DNA of 41,456 nt from a bacterium (GTDB taxonomy: Bacteria > JAJRZV01), in NCBI GenBank assembly GCA_024275095.1, contig JAJRZV010000069.1:1-41456 (forward strand), in the 5' to 3' direction. Positions 8,768 through 18,568 of this stretch are shown here, one piece after another. The translations under genes and the position numbers were made by a program. The notes under the pieces were generated by a model. That model saw nothing but the letters and a program-made list of their open reading frames with translations, did no database searches and was not told the DNA's origin. Positions within the stretch are counted from its first letter, which is position 1; every line of letters starts with the position of its first letter.

Positions 8768-11269
8768 ATGAAAGAGAAATTTGAATACCGCCCTGAAGAT
8801 ATTGAACAAAAGTGGCAACAGCGGTGGGATTCTGCCGGGATCTTTCATGCAGAACCTGTGTCAGAAAAGCCGTGTTTTTATTTGCTTGAGATGTTTCCAT
8901 ATCCTTCAGGGCGAATACACATGGGGCATGTGAGAAATTACTCTATCGGAGACGCTTATGCGAGATTTCTCATGATGAAAGGATACAACGTGCTCCATCC
9001 GATGGGCTGGGATGCTTTCGGGCTGCCCGCAGAAAATGCAGCTATTGCTCACGGCGAACATCCCCGGGTCTGGACGGAAAGAAATATCGAATATATGCGG
9101 GAGCAGTTGAAGTCTCTGGGATATTCCTATGACTGGCGTAGAGAATTCGCCACGTGTGATCCTGAGTATTACCGGTGGGAACAGGAATTTTTTATCAAGA
9201 TGATGGAAAAGGATCTGGTTTATCGCAAGGAGTCACTTGTAAATTTTTGTCCTGATTGTAATACCGTACTTGCCAATGAACAGGTGGAAGGTGGCTGCTG
9301 CTGGCGTTGCGGTACAGAAGTGGAATTCAGGCGTCTACCTGGATGGTTCATGCGAATTACCAGATATGCGGACGAACTCCTGGAGAGCATGGAAGAACTC
9401 AGGGAAGGATGGCCTGAGAGGGTTCTGACCATGCAGGAGCACTGGATTGGGAAAAGCGAAGGGCTGGAAGCAGAATTTCCGGTGGCGGATTCGGATTTGA
9501 AAATTCGTTTTTTTACTACACGTCCCGACACTATTTTTGGGGTGACCTTTATGGCGATGGCCCTTGAGCATCCCCTTGTGGAAGAAGTGTCCCGTGTGGG
9601 AGGGAAGGAGAAAGAAGTGCAGCGGTTTGTCTCTGAAAGCCTGAGAAAGCGGGTTTCAGGAGAAATGGACGAAGCACTGGAAAAAGAAGGTGTTTTCACC
9701 GGAGCATATTGTATCAATCCACTCACGGGTGAACGTGTGCCCATTTATGTGGCTAATTTTGTTCTTATGGAATACGGGACCGGTGCCATTATGTGTGTCC
9801 CTGCACATGACCAGAGAGACTTTGAATTTGCCAGGCGTTACAGGATTCCCATCAGGCTGGTTATCCAGCGGAAATCAGAGCCGCTGAGAGAAGATAAGCT
9901 TGAGGAGGCATGGGAGGGGGGAGGGTATCTGGTAAACTCAGGCCGGTTTAGCGGAATGGAGAGTGAAGCGGCCAAGGATGCAATTATCCGATACTGTGAA
10001 GAGAACAACATGGGCAAGCGCGCGGTAAATTATCGTCTTAAGGACTGGGGTATTTCAAGGCAGCGATACTGGGGTGCTCCTATTCCTGTCATTTATTGTG
10101 ATGATTGCGGTACGGTTCCTGTGCCCCTGGAACAGCTTCCCGTAAAACTTCCTGACAACGTGGAAATTACCGGAAAAGGCCGGTCTCCCCTGGCAGCTCA
10201 CCCTGAATTTGTTAACACCACGTGCCCTCGATGTGGAAGAGCTGCGAGAAGAGAGACGGATACCATGGACACCTTTGTGGAATCGTCCTGGTACTTTTTG
10301 AGATTTGCGTCTCTGAACAATGAAAACCGCCCATTTGATACCGATGAGGTTCACCGGTGGATGCCTGTTGACCAGTATATCGGTGGTATTGAACACGCTG
10401 TGTTACACCTCCTTTACGCAAGGTTTTTCACCAAAGTTCTCAGAGATCTCGGATATATAAATGTATCTGAGCCGTTTAAGAGGCTACTGACCCAGGGTAT
10501 GGTCATCAAGGATGGAGCTAAAATGAGCAAGTCACGTGGGAATGTTGTTGACCCCGATGACATCATTAAACGGTACGGTGCAGATACAGCTCGTGTTTTC
10601 ATCTTGTTTGCGGCTCCCCCGGAAAGGGACCTCGAATGGAGCGAGGCGGGTGTGGAGGGTGTGTACCGTTTTCTCCAGCGCGTATGGCGCGTGGTCAATG
10701 TGCTCAATGACAGGGTGCTTGGCTCTATAAACCTGGAGGAAGGCGAGGCAGGTAAGGAATTTGTAAATCTCCGCAGGACCGTGCACAAAACCATCAAGGA
10801 AGTAACAGAGGAGTTCCTCACACGGCTTCACTTTAACAAGGCGCTTTCCCATTTAATGGTATTGCTCAATGAACTCAACCGCATTGCAGAGACGCAGAAG
10901 ATTACAACTACAGGAGACAGGGAAGCAGTGCATGAAGCTGTAGAATGTTTCCTCAAGATGCTCGCTCCGTTTGCTCCGCACATTGCCGAGGAACTCTGGG
11001 AACGTACAGGAGGGAAGGGTTTTGTTTCGATAGCGGAGTGGCCGGTGTACAATGAAAGTTTGATAAAGGAGGAGGTTATAAAAATTCCTGTACAGGTTAA
11101 TGGTAAACTCAGAGGAGAGGTTGAAATACCCGTAAACGCAGGAAAAGACGAAGCATTTGAAATGGCCCGTACGGTTCCTCGGGTGCAGCGTCATTTGGAC
11201 GGGAAAGAAATTGTGAAGGTGATTTTTGTGCCTGGCAAAATACTCAATATCATTGTAAAAAGTCAATAA
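8768..11269 (+). CDS. leuS: Leucine--tRNA ligase
   Basis: MFPYPSGRIHMGH (HIGH), GTGAIMCVPAHDQRD editing domain, KMSKS, C-terminal VQVNGKLRG. Confidence 0.99.
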   Translation: MKEKFEYRPEDIEQKWQQRWDSAGIFHAEPVSEKPCFYLLEMFPYPSGRIHMGHVRNYSIGDAYARFLMMKGYNVLHPMGWDAFGLPAENAAIAHGEHPRVWTERNIEYMREQLKSLGYSYDWRREFATCDPEYYRWEQEFFIKMMEKDLVYRKESLVNFCPDCNTVLANEQVEGGCCWRCGTEVEFRRLPGWFMRITRYADELLESMEELREGWPERVLTMQEHWIGKSEGLEAEFPVADSDLKIRFFTTRPDTIFGVTFMAMALEHPLVEEVSRVGGKEKEVQRFVSESLRKRVSGEMDEALEKEGVFTGAYCINPLTGERVPIYVANFVLMEYGTGAIMCVPAHDQRDFEFARRYRIPIRLVIQRKSEPLREDKLEEAWEGGGYLVNSGRFSGMESEAAKDAIIRYCEENNMGKRAVNYRLKDWGISRQRYWGAPIPVIYCDDCGTVPVPLEQLPVKLPDNVEITGKGRSPLAAHPEFVNTTCPRCGRAARRETDTMDTFVESSWYFLRFASLNNENRPFDTDEVHRWMPVDQYIGGIEHAVLHLLYARFFTKVLRDLGYINVSEPFKRLLTQGMVIKDGAKMSKSRGNVVDPDDIIKRYGADTARVFILFAAPPERDLEWSEAGVEGVYRFLQRVWRVVNVLNDRVLGSINLEEGEAGKEFVNLRRTVHKTIKEVTEEFLTRLHFNKALSHLMVLLNELNRIAETQKITTTGDREAVHEAVECFLKMLAPFAPHIAEELWERTGGKGFVSIAEWPVYNESLIKEEVIKIPVQVNGKLRGEVEIPVNAGKDEAFEMARTVPRVQRHLDGKEIVKVIFVPGKILNIIVKSQ

Positions 11270-11281
11270 GGGAGGTGCATT

Positions 11282-11473
11282 ATGGCTCTCGATAAAGAAC
11301 TTCTTGAAATACTCGCCTGCCCCAAATGCAAGGGGGATGTGGAGCTTGACTCGTCGGGCAAGTGGATACTGTGTAAAAAGTGCGGGATTAAGTATCCTGT
11401 AAGAGATGACATCCCGGTTATGCTGATTGAAGAAGCGGTGCCTATAGAGGAGAGAAAGGAAGGCAATGCTTGA
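11282..11473 (+). CDS. Trm112/YcaR family protein
   Basis: LLEILACPKCKG...YPVRDDIPVMLIEEA; SD ggaggtg. Confidence 0.93.
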   Translation: MALDKELLEILACPKCKGDVELDSSGKWILCKKCGIKYPVRDDIPVMLIEEAVPIEERKEGNA

Positions 11474-12227
11474 GACGATTACAAACCTGCTGCAGCAACT
11501 GATTGCGGCAGCAAAAGCTGCACCCCAGACAGCATTCGAAATTGCACTTTTTTATTCTATTGTCATGTTTGCTTTTTTTGTTGCTGCTGCCATTCGGCGC
11601 TCACGCAGCGCCTTTGTTTTCGGAGTTTTGCTGGCCATTGGCATCAGCGCCGCTTTTGCCGCGGTTAAACTGATTAAAGCTCCAGCACCTGCTCCCAAGC
11701 CGCCTCCCGCTCCTGTGGTTAAATATATCAAGGTTGAAGTAAAAGCTGGAAGTGCGGATGAAGCTGTTTCACTTTTTACAGAAAAAGTGTTTGACAAGGC
11801 ATTGGGTTTGAAAAAATTAGGGTTTGCCAAGTTGCCTCCTTATCAAAGAGAGATCATTACCAACAGGCTTCTTTCTATAGCTGAAATCGTGGTTCAGGAC
11901 ACACCTGAAGGTGTGGTGGCTTCAGGGCGTGTTGAGGAGGACAAGTTGTATGCACTGCTGGCCGGTCTTGGTTATACGCGGACGGGGAGGAGGGTGTATA
12001 TTCAAATTATCAATTACAGTGATGCAGGTCTCACGGAAGGGGAAGCCGAAGCCATAGCAGAAGGAATTAAGCGTACGTCAGTGTTTTTCCTGGATAACAA
12101 GCTCTTCTCAGACGTTGAGCACCTGAAGCAGGAACTTGTGGGCATGGAAATAAAAAAGGGGCTTTCCATTGCAGATGTGACAGGAACATCTACAAGTATC
12201 AGTATCGTGCTCAAACGGGAGAAGTAA
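11466..12227 (+). CDS. Hypothetical membrane protein (2 TM, Pro-rich linker, soluble domain)
   Basis: Two hydrophobic segments, then APAPAPKPPPAP. Overlaps the upstream stop; SD aggaagg. Confidence 0.75.
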   Translation: MLETITNLLQQLIAAAKAAPQTAFEIALFYSIVMFAFFVAAAIRRSRSAFVFGVLLAIGISAAFAAVKLIKAPAPAPKPPPAPVVKYIKVEVKAGSADEAVSLFTEKVFDKALGLKKLGFAKLPPYQREIITNRLLSIAEIVVQDTPEGVVASGRVEEDKLYALLAGLGYTRTGRRVYIQIINYSDAGLTEGEAEAIAEGIKRTSVFFLDNKLFSDVEHLKQELVGMEIKKGLSIADVTGTSTSISIVLKREK

Positions 12228-12232
12228 TTGCA

Positions 12233-12454
12233 ATGCCCATATACGAATTCAAATGTCCACGTTGTAACTGCGTGTTTGAGGAATTGATTACCAGCTCAGA
12301 GGAAGAGGTAAAGTGTCCTTCTTGTGGAGAAAAAGATGTGAAAAGGCAAATGAGCACATTTGGCTTCGGTGGTTCCGACGCGTCAGGTTCGGGGGGAGGT
12401 GGAAGGAATCCGTGCAGTTCTTGTGCGGCAAAAACCTGTTCAAGCTGTCGTTGA
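12233..12454 (+). CDS. FmdB-family zinc-ribbon protein
   Basis: MPIYEFKCPRCNCVFEEL...CPSCG...KRQMSTF, with a C-terminal CxxC...CxxC tail. Confidence 0.92.
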   Translation: MPIYEFKCPRCNCVFEELITSSEEEVKCPSCGEKDVKRQMSTFGFGGSDASGSGGGGRNPCSSCAAKTCSSCR

Positions 12455-12870
12455 TTGTTTTTTTCTTGGTCGGGATTCAATGTGCTCCCAGGATATCGCC
12501 TGCTTTAAAGACTCAGGTTCCCGAGCCCCTGGTGGATAGAATCAATTCTCTTTTTCGTATTCTCAAAGTGCTCAGAGTTAACCATTATGAAACGAGGTCT
12601 TACATTCGTGATTTTTTCCTTAATGACCAGGACCTTGATCGTTTCGTTGTTCAAACGACGCTGAGACTAATTCAGGCCCGGGTATACGATATGCTCATCA
12701 GAGATTTCCGCATCAAAGAGGTGCGTGTTTCTGGAAGGCGTGCAGTGGTCAGGGTAGAATTTTGGGGTAGTAAACGTTTCCCTCTGTTCAAGGGGAAAAG
12801 TGAGGAGGTTCAGCAATGGGTGTTGAGAAACGGGCGGTGGTATCTCGAACCACCGCAATTCTTTCAGTAA
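12412..12870 (+). CDS. Hypothetical lipoprotein (possible NTF2/SnoaL-like fold); start uncertain
   Basis: GTG 12412 follows ggaagga (TTG 12451 is an alternative). Lipobox-like FLVGIQC; C-terminal AVVRVEFW...QQWVLRNGRWYL. Confidence 0.6.
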   Translation: MQFLCGKNLFKLSLIVFFLVGIQCAPRISPALKTQVPEPLVDRINSLFRILKVLRVNHYETRSYIRDFFLNDQDLDRFVVQTTLRLIQARVYDMLIRDFRIKEVRVSGRRAVVRVEFWGSKRFPLFKGKSEEVQQWVLRNGRWYLEPPQFFQ

Positions 12871-13613
12871 TTATTTTGTGTGTCTTTGTTATTCCTCTGT
12901 ATCTTAAAGCTGACGAGCGCGGTCGCGAGATCATGCAAAAGGTTCATGATCGTGAGACCCCCCAGACTGTTAAAACCCGTCTGAGAATGAGGCTTATTGA
13001 TAGACGGGGCAGAGAACGCGTCAGAGAGATTATTTCGCTGGCGAAAAAGGAAAAGGGCCTGACCAAATCCATTGCCAAATTTATAAAGCCCGATGATGTC
13101 AAAGGAACCGGTTTTCTGCAGGTGGAAGAATCGAAAGGTAAAACCGTTCAGTATCTTTATATCCCTGCGCTCAAGAAAGTACGGAGAATTCCGAAAGGAG
13201 AAAAGAGCAGTCGCTTCATGGGCTCAGATTTTACCTACGAGGACATGGAAATTCGTGAAGTGGACAAAGATGAGCATACGTTTTTGAGAGAGGAAGAGTT
13301 TGAAGGATACAAAACATACGTGATTGAGAGTGTACCCAGGGACCCGGCGTCATCGCAGTATTCAAAGGTTATCAGCTGGATCAGGGCGGATAACTACGTG
13401 CCCGTGCGAATTGATTTTTACGATAAAAAGGGTAGGCTTAAAAAGAGGCTGCTTGTGAAAGAGCTGAAACTTATAGATGGTTACTGGACAGCAACACTGA
13501 CTGAAATGGAGGATTTCCAGCGTAAACACAAGACCATTATGGAACTTCTACAGGTAAAAAATAACGAACCCATAGATGACTCGCTTTTTTCAATTAGAGC
13601 ACTGAAACAATAA
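12816..13613 (+). CDS. Outer-membrane lipoprotein-sorting (LolA-like) protein; start may be GTG 12837
   Basis: Signal peptide; FIKPDDVKGTGFL, QYLYIPALKKVRRI, FMGSDFTYEDM and IDFYDKKGRLKKRL. Confidence 0.9.
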   Translation: MGVEKRAVVSRTTAILSVIILCVFVIPLYLKADERGREIMQKVHDRETPQTVKTRLRMRLIDRRGRERVREIISLAKKEKGLTKSIAKFIKPDDVKGTGFLQVEESKGKTVQYLYIPALKKVRRIPKGEKSSRFMGSDFTYEDMEIREVDKDEHTFLREEEFEGYKTYVIESVPRDPASSQYSKVISWIRADNYVPVRIDFYDKKGRLKKRLLVKELKLIDGYWTATLTEMEDFQRKHKTIMELLQVKNNEPIDDSLFSIRALKQ

Positions 13614-13618
13614 CAGAT

Positions 13619-15073
13619 TTGATGAAGTTTTTTTCTACTTTTTTATTTTCTCTTTGTGCTGTAGTACTCACAATGTTCCCTTTTGCTCTGCATGGTGATG
13701 AATTTGATCTCGGGATTTTCGGCCAGGAAGAAAAGGCCGTGACATTCAACCTGAAAGGCACATTTTACAGCAAGGTGGTGGCGGATTATTACAGAGACAA
13801 TCCCTACGAAGATTTTTTTGAATGGCGCAACAAACTGTTCGTAGAGGCGGATTTCAAATTACCCAAAAGGTGGGAAGCATTTGGATCAGTGAGGATAGAC
13901 TACAATGTGCTTGCATCAGAGGACAGGGGACGCGGGCAGGTGAAGTTTGATGTTTACGAGCTGTACGTTAAAAAGACCTTTGGTAATTTTGATCTTTATC
14001 TTGGTAAAACGACTGTTACGTGGGGTCTTGCAGATGTGAGTCAGCTCGACATTGTGAATCCGCGGGATTTCACGGAAGGGCCGTTTCTTGAGACCGAATT
14101 TTCAAAAGTGCCCCTGGTTATGGCCAGGCTCATTTATTATCCGGATGATTTTACAGAACTGGAAGGAGTTATCATACCCTTTTACCGTCCTGTGAAATTT
14201 GAGCTTGTAAATACTGATTGGTCCCTCATCACCCCCGAGATGCTCAGTGAGAGCGACATGCCGCAGGACCTTGGAGGTGTGGATGCACTCCGTGATGGTC
14301 GCGTAAATCCATTTGTGAAGGATTATCCTCCGGATGCTTTTTTCCCCCCCGAGCTCGGGTTCCGGTTTACACGTCGAGGCGGCAAGGTTGACTACACCGT
14401 GGTTTTATTCGCTGGATATACTGATTTTCCTTTACCCCAGTTTAATCCGGACTATGTGAGAGCCCTTGAAATCAAGAACCCTGATGCATCAGCCGAAGAG
14501 AAACTATTCGGAATAGAACTTGTGGATATGATAACCTATTCCAAGCCCATGGATGATCAGGACTTTTCTGTGTTAAAGCCCGAGTATGGTTTTTTTGCAG
14601 GAGGAGGGCTTTCTACCGACTTGAAAGGTTTCGGCGTTCGAGGAGAGATTTTTTCGAACCTTCCGGGATACTTCATTGGCCAGAACCTCGAGATAGTAAA
14701 AGAGCCGACCATAGGTTTCAACACTGGTGTGGACAAACAGTTTCTTGGGGACCACGTGTATATTAATATTTTTTATCAGGGGATTTTCGTGCCTGGAATG
14801 GATGAGGACCTTTTCCTTACAGAAAGAATCAATCATATGGCCGGAGGCATCTTGCGCCTTAAATGGGACGATTGGCACATAAGTGCAGAGGCGGGATTTA
14901 CAGTGGATTTCACATTCGGGGATTTTCTCATAGCTCCTCGCCTGTCGTATGAGGTCAGTGATGTCATCAAGGTTAACGCGGGAACTCAAATTCTCAGTGG
15001 CGACAGGGAATCGCCATTTGGATATTTTCGTGAAAACAGTGCATGGTATATTCAAATGCGATGGATACTGTGA
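13619..15073 (+). CDS. DUF1302-like outer-membrane beta-barrel protein
   Basis: Signal peptide; YELYVK...DLYLGKTTVTWG...DIVNPRD; C-terminal FGYFRENSAWYIQMRWIL. Follows the LolA-like gene, as is usual for this family. Confidence 0.72.
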   Translation: MMKFFSTFLFSLCAVVLTMFPFALHGDEFDLGIFGQEEKAVTFNLKGTFYSKVVADYYRDNPYEDFFEWRNKLFVEADFKLPKRWEAFGSVRIDYNVLASEDRGRGQVKFDVYELYVKKTFGNFDLYLGKTTVTWGLADVSQLDIVNPRDFTEGPFLETEFSKVPLVMARLIYYPDDFTELEGVIIPFYRPVKFELVNTDWSLITPEMLSESDMPQDLGGVDALRDGRVNPFVKDYPPDAFFPPELGFRFTRRGGKVDYTVVLFAGYTDFPLPQFNPDYVRALEIKNPDASAEEKLFGIELVDMITYSKPMDDQDFSVLKPEYGFFAGGGLSTDLKGFGVRGEIFSNLPGYFIGQNLEIVKEPTIGFNTGVDKQFLGDHVYINIFYQGIFVPGMDEDLFLTERINHMAGGILRLKWDDWHISAEAGFTVDFTFGDFLIAPRLSYEVSDVIKVNAGTQILSGDRESPFGYFRENSAWYIQMRWIL

Positions 15074-16110
15074 AGTTAAAAATCGCGGCGAAGCAAAACA
15101 TTTTATGTGTTTTATGGCTCTCTGGTGTGTTTGTGCAGCCGCTCGTGGGCGAGGCTTTGCCGGTTGCGGAATGTAAGAATTGTCATGCCCGGGAGGTGGC
15201 TGAATGGAAGCGTTCACGTCACGTATTACAAAAGGGTCTGGAAGCTGTGATGGAGTATTCGGCTCAAAACCCTGACGAAAAGGAGTGGTGTTACAGGTGT
15301 CATTTTCCTGACTGGGAAGTGCTTGGACGGTCGAAAGGCACGAGGCGTGTTGGTTGTGTGTTTTGTCATTTTACAAAAGGATTGGCAAATGATCGCCAGT
15401 GGCCGTATGTGATTGCTACGGGGATATTTGTTTACGGGCCGGAGGGTCGTGCGGGTGGTTCGGGACATGGGTCAATAAAGGCGTCTTTTTTTAGCACATC
15501 CCGGTTTTGCAAAGGATGCCATACCTGGAAAACGCCTGCTGGTGTTTTAATTATGGGAGAAGATGATGCTTCAGGCCCCTCGAAACAGTGCCAGGATTGT
15601 CATATGAAAAGTAACGGAACTATCAGCCACACTTTTGAACCTTCAATGCGTGCGCTGGTTGTAAAAGCCTCGTGTGAATATCCTGCGGATGGTACGGTCG
15701 TGGTGACTGTAACTCTGGAGAACAAGTCCGCACATTTTTATCCTGCAGGAATCGTCCCTCCATCCCTCGAATTGACTCTCGAATATGAGGATGGGGTTAC
15801 ACATACAACCGTGGAACACCGGGCATTTGGCCGCGTTCTCTCGGATAGTGAGTATAAAATAATCAACGACCCGTCAAATGCTTTCTTCTACGCTTCAATG
15901 GTTGTGGATGATACGCGTTTAAAGCCTTTTGAAAAGAAACGACTTCACCTGAAGTATTCTCCCGGATGGAGAAAACAGGGTAAACTTCTGTTTTCTGCGG
16001 AACTTAAAGATGGAGAGGTAATTAAAGAATTGCTTTTTTCACTTATATGTCCGACTATTAAAAAGGAAGAAGGTGAGGACACCATTCCCCCACCTTCTGT
16101 GAATCATTAA
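15070..16110 (+). CDS. Exported pentaheme c-type cytochrome (c554/c552-like) with C-terminal beta-rich domain
   Basis: Five CxxCH motifs: CKNCH, CYRCH, CVFCH, CKGCH, CQDCH. Signal peptide. GTG 15070 overlaps the upstream TGA (ATG 15043 is an alternative). Confidence 0.85.
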   Translation: MKLKIAAKQNILCVLWLSGVFVQPLVGEALPVAECKNCHAREVAEWKRSRHVLQKGLEAVMEYSAQNPDEKEWCYRCHFPDWEVLGRSKGTRRVGCVFCHFTKGLANDRQWPYVIATGIFVYGPEGRAGGSGHGSIKASFFSTSRFCKGCHTWKTPAGVLIMGEDDASGPSKQCQDCHMKSNGTISHTFEPSMRALVVKASCEYPADGTVVVTVTLENKSAHFYPAGIVPPSLELTLEYEDGVTHTTVEHRAFGRVLSDSEYKIINDPSNAFFYASMVVDDTRLKPFEKKRLHLKYSPGWRKQGKLLFSAELKDGEVIKELLFSLICPTIKKEEGEDTIPPPSVNH

Positions 16111-16124
16111 GTTAAGCCTGAACC

Positions 16125-16370
<246 letters not shown>

Positions 16371-16484
16371 TCAACAGAATCTGCGCTTGTTTTTTGTGGC
16401 CGTTTAACACTATCAGGCCCTGGTTGAAATGCCCCTGACAGGAAGGAACAAACCTTATAAAAACACGGAAGAAAAGCCTCGCTG

Positions 16485-16952
16485 TTATTTTTTTCTATTG
16501 TTATCCCGGTGTTTGCGGTTTGGTTTTTTTCGCTGATAGAAAGCACGGACCTGTGTGAATATGCCACCACGTGTTTGAAATCTGCCGACCACCTCCATTT
16601 CTTCAGGAGATGTAACGGAGACAAGATCATCGAGAATTTTGTTTACTGCCTCTTCCATATATATTCGCACCTGTCGAAAGGCGTAAAGGTAATATTTAAG
16701 GGATTTGAGTTCAATAATTTTTTTTCGGGGTATGTATCGAATGGTAATTGTGCCAAAGTCCGGAAGTTCTGAAAAAGGACACAGCGATGTAAATTCTTCT
16801 GTGGTATAGGTGACTTCTGTCCTCCCCCCGGGGTTTGTAAAATCAAGAGTTTTCAAAAGCGACGTGTCTATGTCCTCAGGAGAAAATGTTTGTCCCAGAG
16901 TTTTTTTGGCCTTTTCTTCTGTGCAGGAGGGTTTTCTATCTTCATATATCAC
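16485..16952 (-). CDS. queF: NADPH-dependent preQ0 reductase (type I QueF)
   Basis: EFTSLCPFSELPDFG (catalytic Cys/Asp), ELKSLKYYL QueF motif and FQTRGGI. Confidence 0.9.
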   Translation of the reverse strand: MIYEDRKPSCTEEKAKKTLGQTFSPEDIDTSLLKTLDFTNPGGRTEVTYTTEEFTSLCPFSELPDFGTITIRYIPRKKIIELKSLKYYLYAFRQVRIYMEEAVNKILDDLVSVTSPEEMEVVGRFQTRGGIFTQVRAFYQRKKPNRKHRDNNRKK

Positions 16953-16972
16953 CTGTGTCCTCCAGGTGTGTC

Positions 16973-18553
16973 TTATTCGCGACTTTTTTCGGCTACATTG
17001 TGAATGGGTATGAATATTCGAAATGTCGTACCTTTGGCTTTGCCCGATTCCACCTGTATTTCCCAGCGATTTTTATCGGCAATACGTTTAACAATGGCAA
17101 GTCCAAGACCTGTACCCCCGGGTCGCGTGGTATAAAAGGGCTCAAATATGCGACGCACATCTTTTTCAGGAATGCCCGGGCCGTTGTCAGTGACGCACAA
17201 CTGGGCGAATGAGCCGTTAACATTTACTTTGATGTTGATTTCATTACCTACCCCCGTCTCTACAATGGCATTGTGAGCATTGCTGAGCAGATTGTAAAGT
17301 AACTGTCGGTATTCATCACGCAGTGCGTATGTATTTACGGGTGTTTCCGGGTATTTGCATGTAATAAGCACCCCGTCGGTAGCGTAAATTTTCTGGAGTG
17401 ACTGAATAATCTCTTCTGTTTCCGCACACACGTCAAAAATTGTAGGTTCTGCCCTGTTACGGGGTCGTGAGAGGTGCAAAAACTGACGCAAAAGATTGGA
17501 AATTCTACCTACATTGTCCAGGATAATTCCCATTTTTTCTCTGATACTTTCCACGTTGGGGTATTTGTCTCTTAACAAAAGTTCTGCAGATGTACGAATA
17601 ATGTGTAGCGGATTGTTAATTTCGTGAGCCAGGCCTGCAGCTACTTCTCCCAGTGTACCCAGCTTTGAACTCTGGAGAAGTTCTCGGTAAAGTTCTCCGA
17701 TCTCGGTGAGGTCACGCATGACAGCCACGACATGCTTTTTTCCCTGGTAGCTTACAGGTTCAATAGAGACGGCCATTTCTCTGACCTCACCTGTTTGAGC
17801 AGTAATTCTTATTTCTTCCATGCCGGCACTTTTTCCTTCAGAAAGTACTTTTTTGAAGGCCTGATTCCAGCGATTGCGGTGGGCCTCGTTGATGATGGCC
17901 TCTACATTTAGGATTTCTTTTTCCGTATTGATGAATTTCCAGAATGCATGGTTTGCAAAAACAACCTTCCCGTGAGAGTCGATAAGGAGCATGGCATCTC
18001 CTGAGGTATCGACAACTATCCTGTAGAGTTCTTCTGTCTCTTCAAGGGCTTCCTTTGTTCTTTTTAACTCGGCATACTGCCTTGCATTCATGATTGCGGT
18101 GGAGGCGAAAGCTGCAAAAATTTCCAGATACTCCAGAGCATCACGTGAGAAGTTTTTTTCAGGACTTTTTCCAAATATTCCCAGTGCTCCGAATGGTTCC
18201 CCGCGGTGTTTGAGTGGTACAGCCAGCAGGGTTTTTACCCCTGCTTCCACATAAGCGGGCACGCTATCAGGATGCTCAGGATAGTTATCCAGCACAAGAG
18301 GCTGGTTCGTACGAACCACGTAACCAGCGACTCCACCTGCATTTTTCATGCGGATGCGTTTGATGTTTTCTGGAAGGTTGTAGAGGTACGGATAGAAGAT
18401 ATGTCCATCCGGGTCGAGAATGCCGATTGCTCCGGCATCTGCCCGGAAAAACTCAACAGCCCTGGTGACGATTTTTTCTATAAGGACCGTGTAATTCAGC
18501 TCCTCGAGTATTTCCTTTGATACCTCAAGGAGTTTTTGAAACCGAAGATCCAA
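16973..18553 (-). CDS. Cytoplasmic GAF-PAS sensor histidine kinase (NtrB-like)
   Basis: GAF (LLAVPLKHRGEPFGAL), PAS, H-box LAHEINNPL, N-box NLLSNA, DNGPGI, FEPFYTT and GTGLGL. Confidence 0.93.
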   Translation of the reverse strand: MDLRFQKLLEVSKEILEELNYTVLIEKIVTRAVEFFRADAGAIGILDPDGHIFYPYLYNLPENIKRIRMKNAGGVAGYVVRTNQPLVLDNYPEHPDSVPAYVEAGVKTLLAVPLKHRGEPFGALGIFGKSPEKNFSRDALEYLEIFAAFASTAIMNARQYAELKRTKEALEETEELYRIVVDTSGDAMLLIDSHGKVVFANHAFWKFINTEKEILNVEAIINEAHRNRWNQAFKKVLSEGKSAGMEEIRITAQTGEVREMAVSIEPVSYQGKKHVVAVMRDLTEIGELYRELLQSSKLGTLGEVAAGLAHEINNPLHIIRTSAELLLRDKYPNVESIREKMGIILDNVGRISNLLRQFLHLSRPRNRAEPTIFDVCAETEEIIQSLQKIYATDGVLITCKYPETPVNTYALRDEYRQLLYNLLSNAHNAIVETGVGNEINIKVNVNGSFAQLCVTDNGPGIPEKDVRRIFEPFYTTRPGGTGLGLAIVKRIADKNRWEIQVESGKAKGTTFRIFIPIHNVAEKSRE

Positions 18554-18568
18554 TGTTGTCCCCGGTGG

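Noticed and set aside
8762-8770. TAG of the small nuclease-like gene in frame with the leuS ATG
   Set aside because: LeuS has a normal complete N-terminus, so there is no reason to invoke read-through.
14573-15217. 214-aa minus-strand ORF
   Set aside because: Antisense to the barrel and cytochrome genes; no protein-like features.
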